From Escherichia coli (lineage in GTDB: Bacteria > Pseudomonadota > Gammaproteobacteria > Enterobacterales > Enterobacteriaceae), in the NCBI RefSeq assembly GCF_003018255.1, contig NZ_CP027440.1: 64,000 nucleotides of DNA; one strand, written 5' to 3'. Under the pieces are notes generated by a model. The model saw only the letters and a program-made list of their open reading frames with translations. It was not told where the DNA came from and did not search any database. The position numbers and the translations under genes were made by a program. Shown piece after piece: positions 51,041 to 61,864 of the stretch. Every line of letters starts with the position of its first letter. The stretch's first letter is position 1.

Positions 51041-51685
51041 TCACTCTTTTTTCTCGCTTTCTTCCTCTTCCGGCACCGGTTTACTGGCGGTTAACAGGAA
51101 GGGCGATTGCTGCCAGCGGGTGCGTTTACCCTGTAGCAGCGTGCGGGTCAGCACTACGCCGATTGCCAGTGAGAGCAGCAACATCAGGCGTAAAATGTTA
51201 GTGGTGTTATCCACCTGTTGGGCTTCGGTGGCGAGCGTATGGGTGTCGAGCGTAAGGCGCAGATAGCCGAGCGGTCCGTTTTTCCCGGCAATAGGTTCGA
51301 CAATCTGCTGGTTAAAATAGCCGCCCGCTTTTTTGCCGTCGAGCGCCAACCGGTCGCGCACTTCGACGCTTTCGCCAGAACGGGCGATAAGATCGCCTTG
51401 TTCGTCATACACGCCCGCGTCGAGGATACGGCCTTCATCCGTTAACTGATCAAGGATCGCCTGAATGCGTTTTTCATCCGGTGAGTCGGTACGCATCAGC
51501 GGTGCAACGTTCAGCGTCACCTGACGCGCCAGGGTGCGGGCCAGTTCTTCCAGCTGTGGATTACGCTGTCGCTGGTGGTTTTGACTAAACCATGACGCTC
51601 CCTGCATCAGCGCCACTAACAAGGCAAGACAGAACAGGACAATCACTGCCCGATGCAGCCGGAATTTCAGTTTTGTGCGAGCCAT
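51041..51685 (-). CDS. ytjB: Smp-family inner membrane protein
   Basis: 214 aa, MARTKLKFRLHRAVIVLFCLALLVALMQG... . Confidence 0.9.
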   Translation of the reverse strand: MARTKLKFRLHRAVIVLFCLALLVALMQGASWFSQNHQRQRNPQLEELARTLARQVTLNVAPLMRTDSPDEKRIQAILDQLTDEGRILDAGVYDEQGDLIARSGESVEVRDRLALDGKKAGGYFNQQIVEPIAGKNGPLGYLRLTLDTHTLATEAQQVDNTTNILRLMLLLSLAIGVVLTRTLLQGKRTRWQQSPFLLTASKPVPEEEESEKKE

Positions 51686-51790
51686 CTTCCACCCTTTGAA
51701 AATTTGAGACTTAATGTTGCCAGAAGCAATGGATACAAGGTAGCCTCATGCGTTATTTTCCCTGCTTCGAACGATTTTACAGGAGCCTTA

Positions 51791-52759
51791 ATGCCTAACA
51801 TTACCTGGTGCGACCTGCCTGAAGATGTCTCTTTATGGCCGGGTCTGCCTCTTTCATTAAGTGGTGATGAAGTGATGCCACTGGATTACCACGCAGGTCG
51901 TAGCGGCTGGCTGCTGTATGGTCGTGGACTGGATAAACAACGTCTGACCCAATACCAGAGCAAACTGGGCGCGGCGATGGTGATTGTTGCCGCCTGGTGC
52001 GTGGAAGATTATCAGGTGATTCGTCTGGCAGGTTCACTCACCGCGCGGGCTACGCGCCTGGCCCACGAAGCGCAGCTGGATGTCGCGCCGCTGGGGAAAA
52101 TCCCGCACCTGCGCACGCCGGGTTTGCTGGTGATGGACATGGATTCCACCGCCATCCAGATTGAATGTATTGATGAAATTGCCAAACTGGCCGGAACGGG
52201 CGAGAGGGTGGCGGAGGTAACCGAACGGGCGATGCGCGGCGAACTCGATTTTACCGCCAGCCTGCGCAGCCGCGTGGCGACGCTGAAAGGCGCTGACGCC
52301 AATATTCTGCAACAGGTGCGTGAAAATCTGCCGCTGATGCCAGGCTTAACGCAGCTGGTACTCAAGCTGGAAACGCTGGGCTGGAAAGTGGCGATTGCCT
52401 CCGGCGGCTTTACTTTCTTTGCTGAATACCTGCGCGACAAGCTGCGCCTGACAGCAGTGGTAGCCAATGAACTGGAGATCATGGACGGTAAATTTACCGG
52501 CAATGTGATCGGCGACATCGTTGACGCGCAATATAAAGCGAAAACCCTGACCCGCCTCGCGCAGGAGTATGAAATCCCGCTGGCGCAGACCGTGGCGATT
52601 GGCGATGGAGCCAATGACCTGCCGATGATCAAAGCGGCAGGGCTGGGGATTGCCTACCATGCCAAGCCAAAAGTGAATGAAAAGACGGAAGTCACCATCC
52701 GTCACGCTGACCTGATGGGGGTATTCTGCATCCTCTCTGGCAGCCTGAATCAGAAGTAA
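51791..52759 (+). CDS. serB: Phosphoserine phosphatase
   Basis: AGGAG Shine-Dalgarno, then MPNITWCDLPEDVSLWPGLPL..., with the HAD motif DMDSTAI. 322 aa. Confidence 0.96.
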   Translation: MPNITWCDLPEDVSLWPGLPLSLSGDEVMPLDYHAGRSGWLLYGRGLDKQRLTQYQSKLGAAMVIVAAWCVEDYQVIRLAGSLTARATRLAHEAQLDVAPLGKIPHLRTPGLLVMDMDSTAIQIECIDEIAKLAGTGERVAEVTERAMRGELDFTASLRSRVATLKGADANILQQVRENLPLMPGLTQLVLKLETLGWKVAIASGGFTFFAEYLRDKLRLTAVVANELEIMDGKFTGNVIGDIVDAQYKAKTLTRLAQEYEIPLAQTVAIGDGANDLPMIKAAGLGIAYHAKPKVNEKTEVTIRHADLMGVFCILSGSLNQK

Positions 52760-52807
52760 TTGCCTGCCCGTCATCCTGCGGGCGGCACAGCATTAACGAG
52801 GTACACC

Positions 52808-54190
52808 GTGGCAAAAGCTCCAAAACGCGCCTTTGTTTGTAATGAATGCGGGGCCGATTATCCGCGCTGGCAGGGGCAGTGCAGCGCCTGTCATGCCTGG
52901 AACACCATCACCGAGGTGCGTCTTGCTGCGTCGCCAACGGTGGCGCGTAACGAGCGTCTCAGTGGCTATGCCGGTAGCGCCGGAGTGGCAAAAGTCCAGA
53001 AACTTTCCGACATCAGCCTTGAGGAGCTGCCGCGTTTTTCCACCGGATTTAAAGAGTTCGACCGCGTATTAGGCGGCGGGGTGGTGCCGGGAAGCGCCAT
53101 TCTGATTGGCGGTAACCCAGGTGCGGGGAAATCCACGCTGTTGCTGCAAACGCTGTGCAAACTGGCGCAGCAGATGAAAACGCTGTATGTCACTGGCGAA
53201 GAGTCGCTGCAACAGGTGGCAATGCGCGCTCATCGCCTTGGCCTGCCGACTGACAATCTTAATATGCTGTCGGAAACCAGCATCGAGCAGATCTGCCTGA
53301 TTGCCGAAGAAGAGCAACCGAAGCTGATGGTAATTGACTCCATCCAGGTGATGCATATGGCGGATGTTCAGTCATCGCCTGGCAGCGTGGCGCAGGTGCG
53401 TGAAACGGCGGCTTATCTGACGCGCTTCGCCAAAACGCGCGGCGTGGCGATTGTCATGGTTGGGCACGTAACCAAAGATGGCTCGCTGGCTGGCCCTAAA
53501 GTGCTGGAACACTGTATCGACTGTTCGGTGCTTCTGGATGGCGATGCCGACTCTCGTTTTCGCACCTTACGCAGCCATAAAAACCGCTTCGGCGCGGTGA
53601 ATGAGCTGGGCGTCTTCGCGATGACCGAACAGGGGCTGCGTGAAGTTAGCAACCCTTCCGCCATCTTTTTAAGCCGCGGTGATGAAGTGACCTCCGGTAG
53701 CTCAGTGATGGTAGTGTGGGAAGGAACGCGTCCACTGTTGGTGGAGATCCAGGCGCTGGTCGATCACTCGATGATGGCGAACCCACGCCGCGTCGCAGTA
53801 GGGCTGGAGCAAAACCGTCTGGCAATCCTGCTGGCGGTGCTGCACCGTCACGGTGGGTTGCAAATGGCCGATCAGGATGTATTTGTTAACGTGGTCGGCG
53901 GCGTGAAGGTAACGGAAACCAGCGCCGACTTAGCGTTACTGCTGGCGATGGTTTCCAGCCTGCGCGACAGACCGCTGCCGCAGGATCTGGTGGTGTTTGG
54001 TGAAGTCGGGCTGGCAGGGGAGATCCGCCCGGTGCCCAGCGGCCAGGAACGAATTTCTGAAGCGGCGAAACACGGTTTTCGCCGGGCGATTGTTCCGGCG
54101 GCTAACGTGCCGAAAAAAGCGCCGGAAGGGATGCAGATTTTTGGCGTTAAAAAACTCTCCGACGCGCTTAGCGTGTTCGACGACTTATAA
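52808..54190 (+). CDS. radA: DNA repair protein RadA/Sms
   Basis: GTG start. It has a zinc finger CNECGADYPRWQGQCSAC, Walker A GNPGAGKST, and a Lon-like C-terminus. 460 aa. Confidence 0.96.
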   Translation: MAKAPKRAFVCNECGADYPRWQGQCSACHAWNTITEVRLAASPTVARNERLSGYAGSAGVAKVQKLSDISLEELPRFSTGFKEFDRVLGGGVVPGSAILIGGNPGAGKSTLLLQTLCKLAQQMKTLYVTGEESLQQVAMRAHRLGLPTDNLNMLSETSIEQICLIAEEEQPKLMVIDSIQVMHMADVQSSPGSVAQVRETAAYLTRFAKTRGVAIVMVGHVTKDGSLAGPKVLEHCIDCSVLLDGDADSRFRTLRSHKNRFGAVNELGVFAMTEQGLREVSNPSAIFLSRGDEVTSGSSVMVVWEGTRPLLVEIQALVDHSMMANPRRVAVGLEQNRLAILLAVLHRHGGLQMADQDVFVNVVGGVKVTETSADLALLLAMVSSLRDRPLPQDLVVFGEVGLAGEIRPVPSGQERISEAAKHGFRRAIVPAANVPKKAPEGMQIFGVKKLSDALSVFDDL

Positions 54191-54210
54191 TGAGAGATAC
54201 GGAGGGAGAT

Positions 54211-55443
54211 ATGTCGTCATTTGATTACCTGAAAACTGCCATCAAGCAACAGGGCTGCACGCTACAGCAGGTCGCTGATGCCAGCGGTATGACCAAAGGG
54301 TATTTAAGCCAGTTACTGAATGCCAAAATTAAAAGCCCCAGCGCGCAAAAGCTGGAGGCGTTGCACCGTTTTTTGGGGCTTGAATTTCCCCGACAGAAGA
54401 AAACCATTGGTGTCGTATTCGGTAAGTTCTACCCGCTGCATACCGGACATATCTACCTTATCCAGCGCGCCTGTAGCCAGGTTGACGAGCTGCATATCAT
54501 TATGGGCTTTGACGATACCCGCGACCGCGCGTTGTTCGAAGACAGCGCCATGTCGCAGCAGCCCACGGTGCCGGATCGTCTGCGCTGGTTATTGCAAACC
54601 TTTAAATATCAGAAAAATATCCGTATTCATGCTTTCAATGAAGAGGGCATGGAGCCATATCCGCACGGCTGGGATGTATGGAGCAACGGCATCAAAAAGT
54701 TTATGGCTGAAAAGGGGATCCAGCCGGACCTGATCTACACCTCGGAAGAAGCCGATGCGCCACAGTATATGGAACATCTGGGGATCGAAACGGTGCTGGT
54801 CGATCCGAAACGCACCTTTATGAGTATCAGCGGTGCGCAGATCCGCGAAAACCCGTTCCGCTACTGGGAATATATCCCCACTGAAGTGAAGCCGTTTTTT
54901 GTGCGTACCGTGGCGATCCTTGGCGGCGAGTCGAGCGGTAAATCCACCCTGGTAAACAAACTTGCCAATATCTTCAATACCACCAGTGCGTGGGAATATG
55001 GTCGCGATTATGTCTTTTCACACCTCGGCGGTGATGAGATCGCATTGCAGTATTCCGACTACGATAAAATCGCGCTGGGACACGCACAATACATTGATTT
55101 TGCAGTGAAATATGCCAATAAAGTGGCGTTTATCGACACTGATTTTGTCACTACCCAGGCGTTCTGCAAAAAGTACGAAGGGCGGGAGCATCCGTTCGTG
55201 CAGGCGCTGATCGATGAATACCGTTTTGATCTGGTTATCTTGCTGGAGAACAACACCCCTTGGGTGGCGGATGGTTTACGCAGCCTCGGCAGTTCGGTGG
55301 ATCGCAAAGAGTTCCAGAACTTGCTGGTGGAGATGCTGGAAGAGAACAATATCGAATTTGTGCGGGTTGAAGAAGACGATTATGACAGCCGTTTCCTGCG
55401 CTGCGTGGAGCTGGTGCGGGAGATGATGGGGGAGCAAAGATAA
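54211..55443 (+). CDS. nadR: Trifunctional NAD regulator / NMN adenylyltransferase / RN kinase
   Basis: MSSFDYLKTAIKQQGCTLQQVADASGMTKGYLSQLL (HTH), with the motifs GKFYPLHTGH and GGESSGKST. 410 aa. Confidence 0.96.
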   Translation: MSSFDYLKTAIKQQGCTLQQVADASGMTKGYLSQLLNAKIKSPSAQKLEALHRFLGLEFPRQKKTIGVVFGKFYPLHTGHIYLIQRACSQVDELHIIMGFDDTRDRALFEDSAMSQQPTVPDRLRWLLQTFKYQKNIRIHAFNEEGMEPYPHGWDVWSNGIKKFMAEKGIQPDLIYTSEEADAPQYMEHLGIETVLVDPKRTFMSISGAQIRENPFRYWEYIPTEVKPFFVRTVAILGGESSGKSTLVNKLANIFNTTSAWEYGRDYVFSHLGGDEIALQYSDYDKIALGHAQYIDFAVKYANKVAFIDTDFVTTQAFCKKYEGREHPFVQALIDEYRFDLVILLENNTPWVADGLRSLGSSVDRKEFQNLLVEMLEENNIEFVRVEEDDYDSRFLRCVELVREMMGEQR

Positions 55444-55485
55444 TCATCTTTATAAGATGTTGAGTGGGATTACTGATTCAAAAGT

Positions 55486-55518
55486 GTACTTAGTACTCCA
55501 TTTTGGTGTACAATGTAC
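55486..55518. promoter_or_regulatory. Paired GTAC-N3-GTAC palindromes in the TA cassette promoter, a candidate antitoxin operator
   Basis: GTACttaGTAC (55486-55496) and GTACaatGTAC (55508-55518), 22 bp centre to centre. The second overlaps a TACAAT -10-like hexamer 17-27 bp upstream of the toxin start. Confidence 0.5.
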
Positions 55519-55534
55519 CTTCCAGGGAGGGGTA

Positions 55535-55867
55535 ATGGGTAAGGCGATAATATTTATAGAGACGCCAATGTTTACGCGTCAGATCAAGCAGATTGCAACC
55601 GATGATGAATTAAAGGAATTACAAAAAGAACTCATCGGAACTCCCGATAAAGGTGATCTCATTCAGCAGACTGGTGGATTGCGTAAAGTCCGAATGGCTG
55701 CGGGTTCACAGGGAAAAAGTGGCAGTGTCAGAATAATTTACTTTCTGGCGACGGAAGAGATTATTTATTTGATTATGGCCTATCCGAAAAATGCCAAAGA
55801 TAGTCTGACAGATACGGAAAAAGCTCAACTAAAGAAGTTGACGAAACTGCTCAAAGGCGAGATATAA
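55535..55867 (+). CDS. RelE/ParE-superfamily (HigB-like) toxin, 110 aa
   Basis: GGGAGGGG Shine-Dalgarno, then MGKAIIFIETPMFTRQIKQIATDDELKELQKELIGTPDKGDLIQQTGGLRKVRMAAGSQGKSGSVRIIYF... . This is the pattern of COG4737/RelE-fold toxins that pair with a downstream HTH antitoxin (memory). Confidence 0.7.
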   Translation: MGKAIIFIETPMFTRQIKQIATDDELKELQKELIGTPDKGDLIQQTGGLRKVRMAAGSQGKSGSVRIIYFLATEEIIYLIMAYPKNAKDSLTDTEKAQLKKLTKLLKGEI

Positions 55868-55868
55868 A

Positions 55869-56153
55869 ATGAGTTTTTTTGATGAGTTGAAAACCTCTCT
55901 GGAAGAGGCTGTCGAGATTAAACAAGGTTTAAAAGAACCTGCACGGGTGACCCGCTACGAAATTGCGGATGTTAAAGCTATTCGTGAGCAACTCAACGTT
56001 TCGCAAAGTGAGATGGCAAAAGCTCTGGGAACCAGTGTGGATACCATTAAAAGCTGGGAATCGAAGCGAAGAAATCCTACGGGATTGGCTGCAAAAGTAC
56101 TTGCCACAATTAAAGAAAATCCTGACTTTTTCCGGGAACTTGCCTCCCATTAA
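55869..56153 (+). CDS. XRE/MqsA-C-terminal-like HTH antitoxin, 94 aa
   Basis: The start is 1 nt after the toxin stop. The HTH reads IREQLNVSQSEMAKALGTSVDTIKSWESKRRNPTGLAAKVL. Confidence 0.7.
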   Translation: MSFFDELKTSLEEAVEIKQGLKEPARVTRYEIADVKAIREQLNVSQSEMAKALGTSVDTIKSWESKRRNPTGLAAKVLATIKENPDFFRELASH

Positions 56154-56167
56154 TCATTTAACTAATA

Positions 56168-56197
56168 CCGGATGCGATGCTGGCGCGCCGCATCCGG
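56168..56197. terminator. REP-like hairpin / bidirectional terminator between the TA cassette and ettA
   Basis: CCGGATGCG ... CGCATCCGG followed by CATTTTAC, between convergent genes. Confidence 0.5.
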
Positions 56198-56208
56198 CAT
56201 TTTACGCA

Positions 56209-57876
56209 TTACTTCGCAATACGCTTGTACTTGATACGCTTCGGCTCCAGCGCGTCTGCGCCCAGCGTGCGTTTCTTGTACTCTTCGTACTCGGTAAAGT
56301 TACCTTCGAAGAACTCAACTTTACCCTCATCCTGGTAATCCAGGATGTGCGTGGCGATACGGTCGAGGAACCAACGGTCGTGCGAGATAACCATCGCGCA
56401 GCCCGGGAACTCCAGCAGGGCGTTTTCCAGCGCGCGCAGGGTTTCGATATCCAGGTCGTTGGTTGGTTCGTCGAGCAGCAGCATGTTGCCGCCAACTTGC
56501 AGCAACTTCGCCAGATGCAGACGACCGCGCTCACCGCCGGAGAGTTCGCCAACGCGTTTACCCTGATCAACCCCTTTAAAGTTAAAGCGGCCAACGTAGG
56601 CGCGGCTTGGCATCTCGGTGTTGCCGATTTTCATGATATCCAGCCCGCCGGAAACTTCTTCCCAAACGGTTTTGCTGTTATCCATTGAGTCACGGAACTG
56701 ATCAACCGATGCCAGTTTCACCGTTTCACCCAAAGTGATGGTGCCGCTGTCCGGCTGTTCCTGACCAGAGATCATACGGAACAGCGTCGATTTACCCGCA
56801 CCGTTCGGACCGATGATCCCGACGATCGCCCCTTTCGGGATCGAGAAACTCAGGGAGTCAATCAGCAGACGATCGCCATAGGATTTACGCAGATTGCTGA
56901 CTTCCAGCACTTTGTCGCCCAGACGCGGTCCAGGTGGAATAAACAGTTCGTTGGTTTCGTTACGTTTCTGATATTCGGTGCTGTTCAGTTCTTCAAAGCG
57001 CGCCAGACGTGCTTTACCTTTCGACTGACGGCCTTTAGTACCTTGACGTACCCACTCCAGCTCTTTCTCAATCGACTTACGACGCGCAGCTTCTTGTGAA
57101 GCTTCCTGCGCCAGACGCTGATCTTTCTGCTCCAGCCAGGAGGAGTAGTTACCTTCCCACGGAATACCTTCACCGCGGTCCAGTTCGAGGATCCAGCCCG
57201 CAACGTTATCGAGGAAGTAACGGTCGTGGGTAATCGCCACAACGGTGCCTTCGAAGTCGTGCAGGAAGCGTTCCAGCCAGGCCACGGATTCGGCATCCAG
57301 GTGGTTGGTCGGTTCGTCGAGCAGCAGCATGTCTGGTTTTTCCAGCAGCAGGCGGCACAACGCCACGCGACGACGCTCACCACCGGAGAGGTTAGCGATT
57401 TTCGCGTCCCAATCCGGCAGACGCAGCGCATCCGCCGCACGCTCCAGCTGAACGTTCAGGTTGTGACCGTCGTGAGCCTGAATGATCTCTTCCAGACGGC
57501 CCTGTTCAGCGGCCAGTTTGTCAAAATCGGCATCCGGATCGGCGTACAGTGCATACACTTCATCCAGGCGTTTCAGGGCGTTAACCACTTCAGAAACCGC
57601 TTCTTCAATGGACTCACGCACGGTGTGTTCCGGGTTCAACTGCGGTTCCTGCGGCAGATAACCAATCTTGATATCCGGTTGCGGACGCGCTTCGCCTTCG
57701 ATGTCTTTATCAATGCCCGCCATAATGCGCAGCAGGGTGGACTTACCCGCGCCGTTCAGACCCAGGACACCAATTTTTGCCCCAGGGAAGAAACTCAGAG
57801 AGATGTTTTTCAAAATATGACGTTTCGGCGGAACAACTTTGCCGACACGATGCATGGTATAAACGAATTGAGCCAC
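56209..57876 (-). CDS. ettA: ABC-F energy-dependent translational throttle protein
   Basis: 555 aa with two ABC cassettes (GLNGAGKST and GPNGAGKST; LSGGERRR and LSGGERGR). Confidence 0.97.
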   Translation of the reverse strand: MAQFVYTMHRVGKVVPPKRHILKNISLSFFPGAKIGVLGLNGAGKSTLLRIMAGIDKDIEGEARPQPDIKIGYLPQEPQLNPEHTVRESIEEAVSEVVNALKRLDEVYALYADPDADFDKLAAEQGRLEEIIQAHDGHNLNVQLERAADALRLPDWDAKIANLSGGERRRVALCRLLLEKPDMLLLDEPTNHLDAESVAWLERFLHDFEGTVVAITHDRYFLDNVAGWILELDRGEGIPWEGNYSSWLEQKDQRLAQEASQEAARRKSIEKELEWVRQGTKGRQSKGKARLARFEELNSTEYQKRNETNELFIPPGPRLGDKVLEVSNLRKSYGDRLLIDSLSFSIPKGAIVGIIGPNGAGKSTLFRMISGQEQPDSGTITLGETVKLASVDQFRDSMDNSKTVWEEVSGGLDIMKIGNTEMPSRAYVGRFNFKGVDQGKRVGELSGGERGRLHLAKLLQVGGNMLLLDEPTNDLDIETLRALENALLEFPGCAMVISHDRWFLDRIATHILDYQDEGKVEFFEGNFTEYEEYKKRTLGADALEPKRIKYKRIAK

Positions 57877-57975
57877 GTTGGACTTCGCCTCTATGTTTAT
57901 CGTGATGATGAGTTTTCAAAGGCGAAGTGTAGCCTGTTTCCTTATCTAATCCCAGCCGGTCGATCACCCTCGCAG

Positions 57976-58102
57976 TATACTCGTCATACTTCAAGTTGCA
58001 TGTGCTGCGCTTACGCTCGCTCACCCCAGTCACTTACTTCTGTAAGCTCCTGGGGACTCACTCACTTATCGCCTTCCTGCAACTCGAATTATTTAGAGTA
58101 TA
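57976..58102. repeat. ERIC (IRU) element, 127 bp
   Basis: TATACTCGTCATACTTCAAGTTGCA ... CGCTCACCCCAGTCACTTACTTCTGTAAGCTCCTGGGGACTCAC ... TGCAACTCGAATTATTTAGAGTATA matches the ERIC consensus from memory, with terminal inverted repeats. Confidence 0.85.
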
Positions 58103-58211
58103 AAAGTAAAAAAGTGTCCGTAACGTGGCGTAAACGGCAATGACTGGTTAGCATAAATCTATTACGCGGCATGACGCTGCATTGATGTATTTACACTTAG
58201 AGGATGCGCTT

Positions 58212-60149
58212 GTGGAAAAAGCCAAACAAGTTACCTGGCGGCTGTTGGCTGCCGGTGTCTGTCTGCTGACGGTCAGCAGCGTGGCGCGAGCCGACTCACT
58301 GGATGAGCAGCGTAGCCGCTACGCCCAAATCAAGCAGGCCTGGGATAATCGACAAATGGATGTGGTCGAACAAATGATGCCTGGACTGAAAGATTATCCG
58401 CTTTATCCCTACCTGGAATACCGTCAGATCACCGATGACCTGATGAATCAACCGGCGGTGACGGTCACTAACTTTGTTCGCGCTAACCCCACGCTTCCTC
58501 CCGCTCGCACGCTGCAATCTCGTTTCGTCAATGAACTGGCGCGGCGTGAAGACTGGCGTGGCTTGTTAGCCTTTAGCCCGGAAAAGCCCGGAACTACCGA
58601 AGCGCAATGTAATTACTACTATGCGAAATGGAACACCGGGCAGAGTGAAGAAGCCTGGCAAGGGGCGAAAGAGCTGTGGCTAACCGGCAAGAGCCAGCCT
58701 AACGCCTGTGACAAGTTATTTAGCGTCTGGCGTGCGTCAGGTAAACAAGATCCGCTGGCGTATTTAGAGCGTATCCGTCTGGCGATGAAAGCGGGTAACA
58801 CTGGACTCGTAACAGTGCTGGCAGGGCAGATGCCTGCCGATTACCAGACTATCGCCTCGGCAATCATTTCACTGGCGAACAACCCTAATACGGTACTGAC
58901 CTTCGCGCGTACAACCGGAGCGACCGATTTTACCCGTCAAATGGCGGCGGTGGCGTTTGCCAGTGTGGCGCGGCAGGATGCTGAAAATGCACGGCTGATG
59001 ATCCCGTCGCTTGCCCAGGCGCAGCAGCTTAATGAAGATCAGATTCAGGAGCTGCGCGATATCGTCGCCTGGCGTTTGATGGGCAATGATGTCACCGATG
59101 AGCAGGCGAAATGGCGCGATGACGCCATTATGCGTTCGCAATCTACTTCGCTTATTGAACGGCGCGTGCGAATGGCGCTTGGCACCGGCGATCGTCGCGG
59201 CCTGAATACCTGGCTGGCGCGTTTGCCGATGGAGGCGAAAGAGAAAGATGAATGGCGTTACTGGCAGGCGGATTTACTGCTGGAACGCGGACGTGAAGCT
59301 GAAGCAAAAGAGATTTTGCATCAACTCATGCAACAGCGTGGTTTCTACCCGATGGTTGCAGCACAACGCATCGGTGAAGAGTATGAGCTGAAGATTGATA
59401 AAGCGCCGCAGAATGTTGACAGCGCCCTGACTCAGGGGCCGGAGATGGCGCGCGTGCGCGAGTTGATGTACTGGAATCTCGATAATACCGCGCGTAGCGA
59501 GTGGGCCAATCTGGTGAAGAGCAAGTCAAAAACAGAGCAGGCGCAACTGGCTCGGTATGCTTTCAATAACCAATGGTGGGAACTTAGCGTTCAGGCAACG
59601 ATCGCCGGGAAGCTTTGGGATCATCTGGAAGAGAGATTCCCGCTGGCCTACAACGATCTTTTCAAACGTTACACCAGTGGGAAGGAGATCCCGCAAAGCT
59701 ATGCGATGGCGATTGCCCGTCAGGAGAGCGCCTGGAATCCGAAAGTGAAATCACCGGTAGGGGCCAGCGGCCTGATGCAGATTATGCCGGGCACGGCGAC
59801 CCATACGGTGAAGATGTTCTCTATTCCTGGTTATAGCAGCCCTGGGCAATTGCTGGATCCGGAAACGAACATCAACATTGGCACCAGTTACCTGCAATAT
59901 GTTTATCAGCAGTTTGGCAATAACCGTATTTTCTCCTCAGCAGCTTATAACGCCGGACCTGGACGGGTGCGAACCTGGCTTGGCAACAGCGCCGGGCGTA
60001 TCGACGCTGTGGCATTTGTCGAGAGTATTCCGTTCTCCGAGACGCGCGGTTATGTGAAGAACGTGCTGGCTTATGACGCTTACTACCGCTATTTCATGGG
60101 GGATAAACCGACGTTGATGAGCGCCACGGAATGGGGACGTCGTTACTGA
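58212..60149 (+). CDS. slt: Soluble lytic murein transglycosylase Slt70
   Basis: GTG start after an AGAGGA Shine-Dalgarno. The product begins (M)EKAKQVTWRLLAAGVCLLTVSSVARA, and the catalytic motif is ESAWNP. 645 aa. Confidence 0.96.
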   Translation: MEKAKQVTWRLLAAGVCLLTVSSVARADSLDEQRSRYAQIKQAWDNRQMDVVEQMMPGLKDYPLYPYLEYRQITDDLMNQPAVTVTNFVRANPTLPPARTLQSRFVNELARREDWRGLLAFSPEKPGTTEAQCNYYYAKWNTGQSEEAWQGAKELWLTGKSQPNACDKLFSVWRASGKQDPLAYLERIRLAMKAGNTGLVTVLAGQMPADYQTIASAIISLANNPNTVLTFARTTGATDFTRQMAAVAFASVARQDAENARLMIPSLAQAQQLNEDQIQELRDIVAWRLMGNDVTDEQAKWRDDAIMRSQSTSLIERRVRMALGTGDRRGLNTWLARLPMEAKEKDEWRYWQADLLLERGREAEAKEILHQLMQQRGFYPMVAAQRIGEEYELKIDKAPQNVDSALTQGPEMARVRELMYWNLDNTARSEWANLVKSKSKTEQAQLARYAFNNQWWELSVQATIAGKLWDHLEERFPLAYNDLFKRYTSGKEIPQSYAMAIARQESAWNPKVKSPVGASGLMQIMPGTATHTVKMFSIPGYSSPGQLLDPETNINIGTSYLQYVYQQFGNNRIFSSAAYNAGPGRVRTWLGNSAGRIDAVAFVESIPFSETRGYVKNVLAYDAYYRYFMGDKPTLMSATEWGRRY

Positions 60150-60173
60150 TCCGCACGTTTATGATATGCTATC

Positions 60174-60191
60174 GTACTCTTTAGCGAGTAC
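60174..60191. promoter_or_regulatory. Trp repressor operator (trpR autoregulation)
   Basis: GTACTCTTTAGCGAGTAC is a palindrome related to the trp operator consensus GTACTAGTTAACTAGTAC, 48 bp upstream of trpR. Confidence 0.8.
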
Positions 60192-60223
60192 AACCGGGGG
60201 AGGCATTTTGCTTCCCCCGCTAA

Positions 60224-60565
<342 letters not shown>

Positions 60566-60569
60566 TTTT

Positions 60570-61177
<608 letters not shown>

Positions 61178-61216
61178 TCAGAAAATTAACGTTACAGCAG
61201 TATACGGAAAAAAAGC

Positions 61217-61864
61217 ATGTTACAGGTATACCTAGTCCGCCACGGTGAAACGCAGTGGAACGCCGAGCGACGTATTCAGGGCCAGTCTGACAGCCCGCTG
61301 ACAGCCAAAGGTGAGCAACAGGCGATGCAGGTGGCAACCCGTGCCAAAGAGCTTGGCATTACGCATATCATCAGTAGCGATTTAGGACGGACCCGGCGCA
61401 CGGCGGAAATCATCGCCCAGGCCTGCGGCTGTGACATCATCTTTGATTCTCGCCTGCGTGAATTAAATATGGGTGTACTGGAAACAAGAAATATCGATTC
61501 ACTCACCGAAGAAGAAGAGAACTGGCGTCGGCAACTGGTCAATGGCACCGTTGACGGGCGTATTCCTGAAGGCGAGTCAATGCAGGAGCTCAGCGATCGC
61601 GTTAATGCGGCACTGGAATCTTGCCGGGACTTACCGCAGGGAAGCCGACCGCTACTGGTGAGCCATGGTATTGCACTGGGATGCCTGGTGAGTACGATTC
61701 TCGGATTACCAGCATGGGCAGAGCGCCGCTTACGTCTGCGTAACTGTTCTATTTCGCGCGTGGATTATCAGGAAAGCTTGTGGCTGGCGTCTGGCTGGGT
61801 GGTTGAAACCGCAGGGGACATCTCGCATCTGGACGCCCCTGCATTAGATGAGCTGCAGCGTTAA
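61217..61864 (+). CDS. gpmB: Histidine-phosphatase family protein (probable phosphoglycerate mutase GpmB)
   Basis: 215 aa, MLQVYLVRHGETQWN (RHG catalytic motif). Confidence 0.95.
   Translation: MLQVYLVRHGETQWNAERRIQGQSDSPLTAKGEQQAMQVATRAKELGITHIISSDLGRTRRTAEIIAQACGCDIIFDSRLRELNMGVLETRNIDSLTEEEENWRRQLVNGTVDGRIPEGESMQELSDRVNAALESCRDLPQGSRPLLVSHGIALGCLVSTILGLPAWAERRLRLRNCSISRVDYQESLWLASGWVVETAGDISHLDAPALDELQR

Noticed and set aside
55963-56688. 241-aa plus-strand ORF overlapping the antitoxin gene, the REP hairpin and the ettA 3' end
   Set aside because: It is out of frame with the well-supported HTH antitoxin and antisense to ettA. It also crosses a terminator hairpin.
57226-58143. 305-aa plus-strand ORF
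   Set aside because: It is antisense to the ettA 5' half and runs on through the ERIC element, so it has no coding plausibility.
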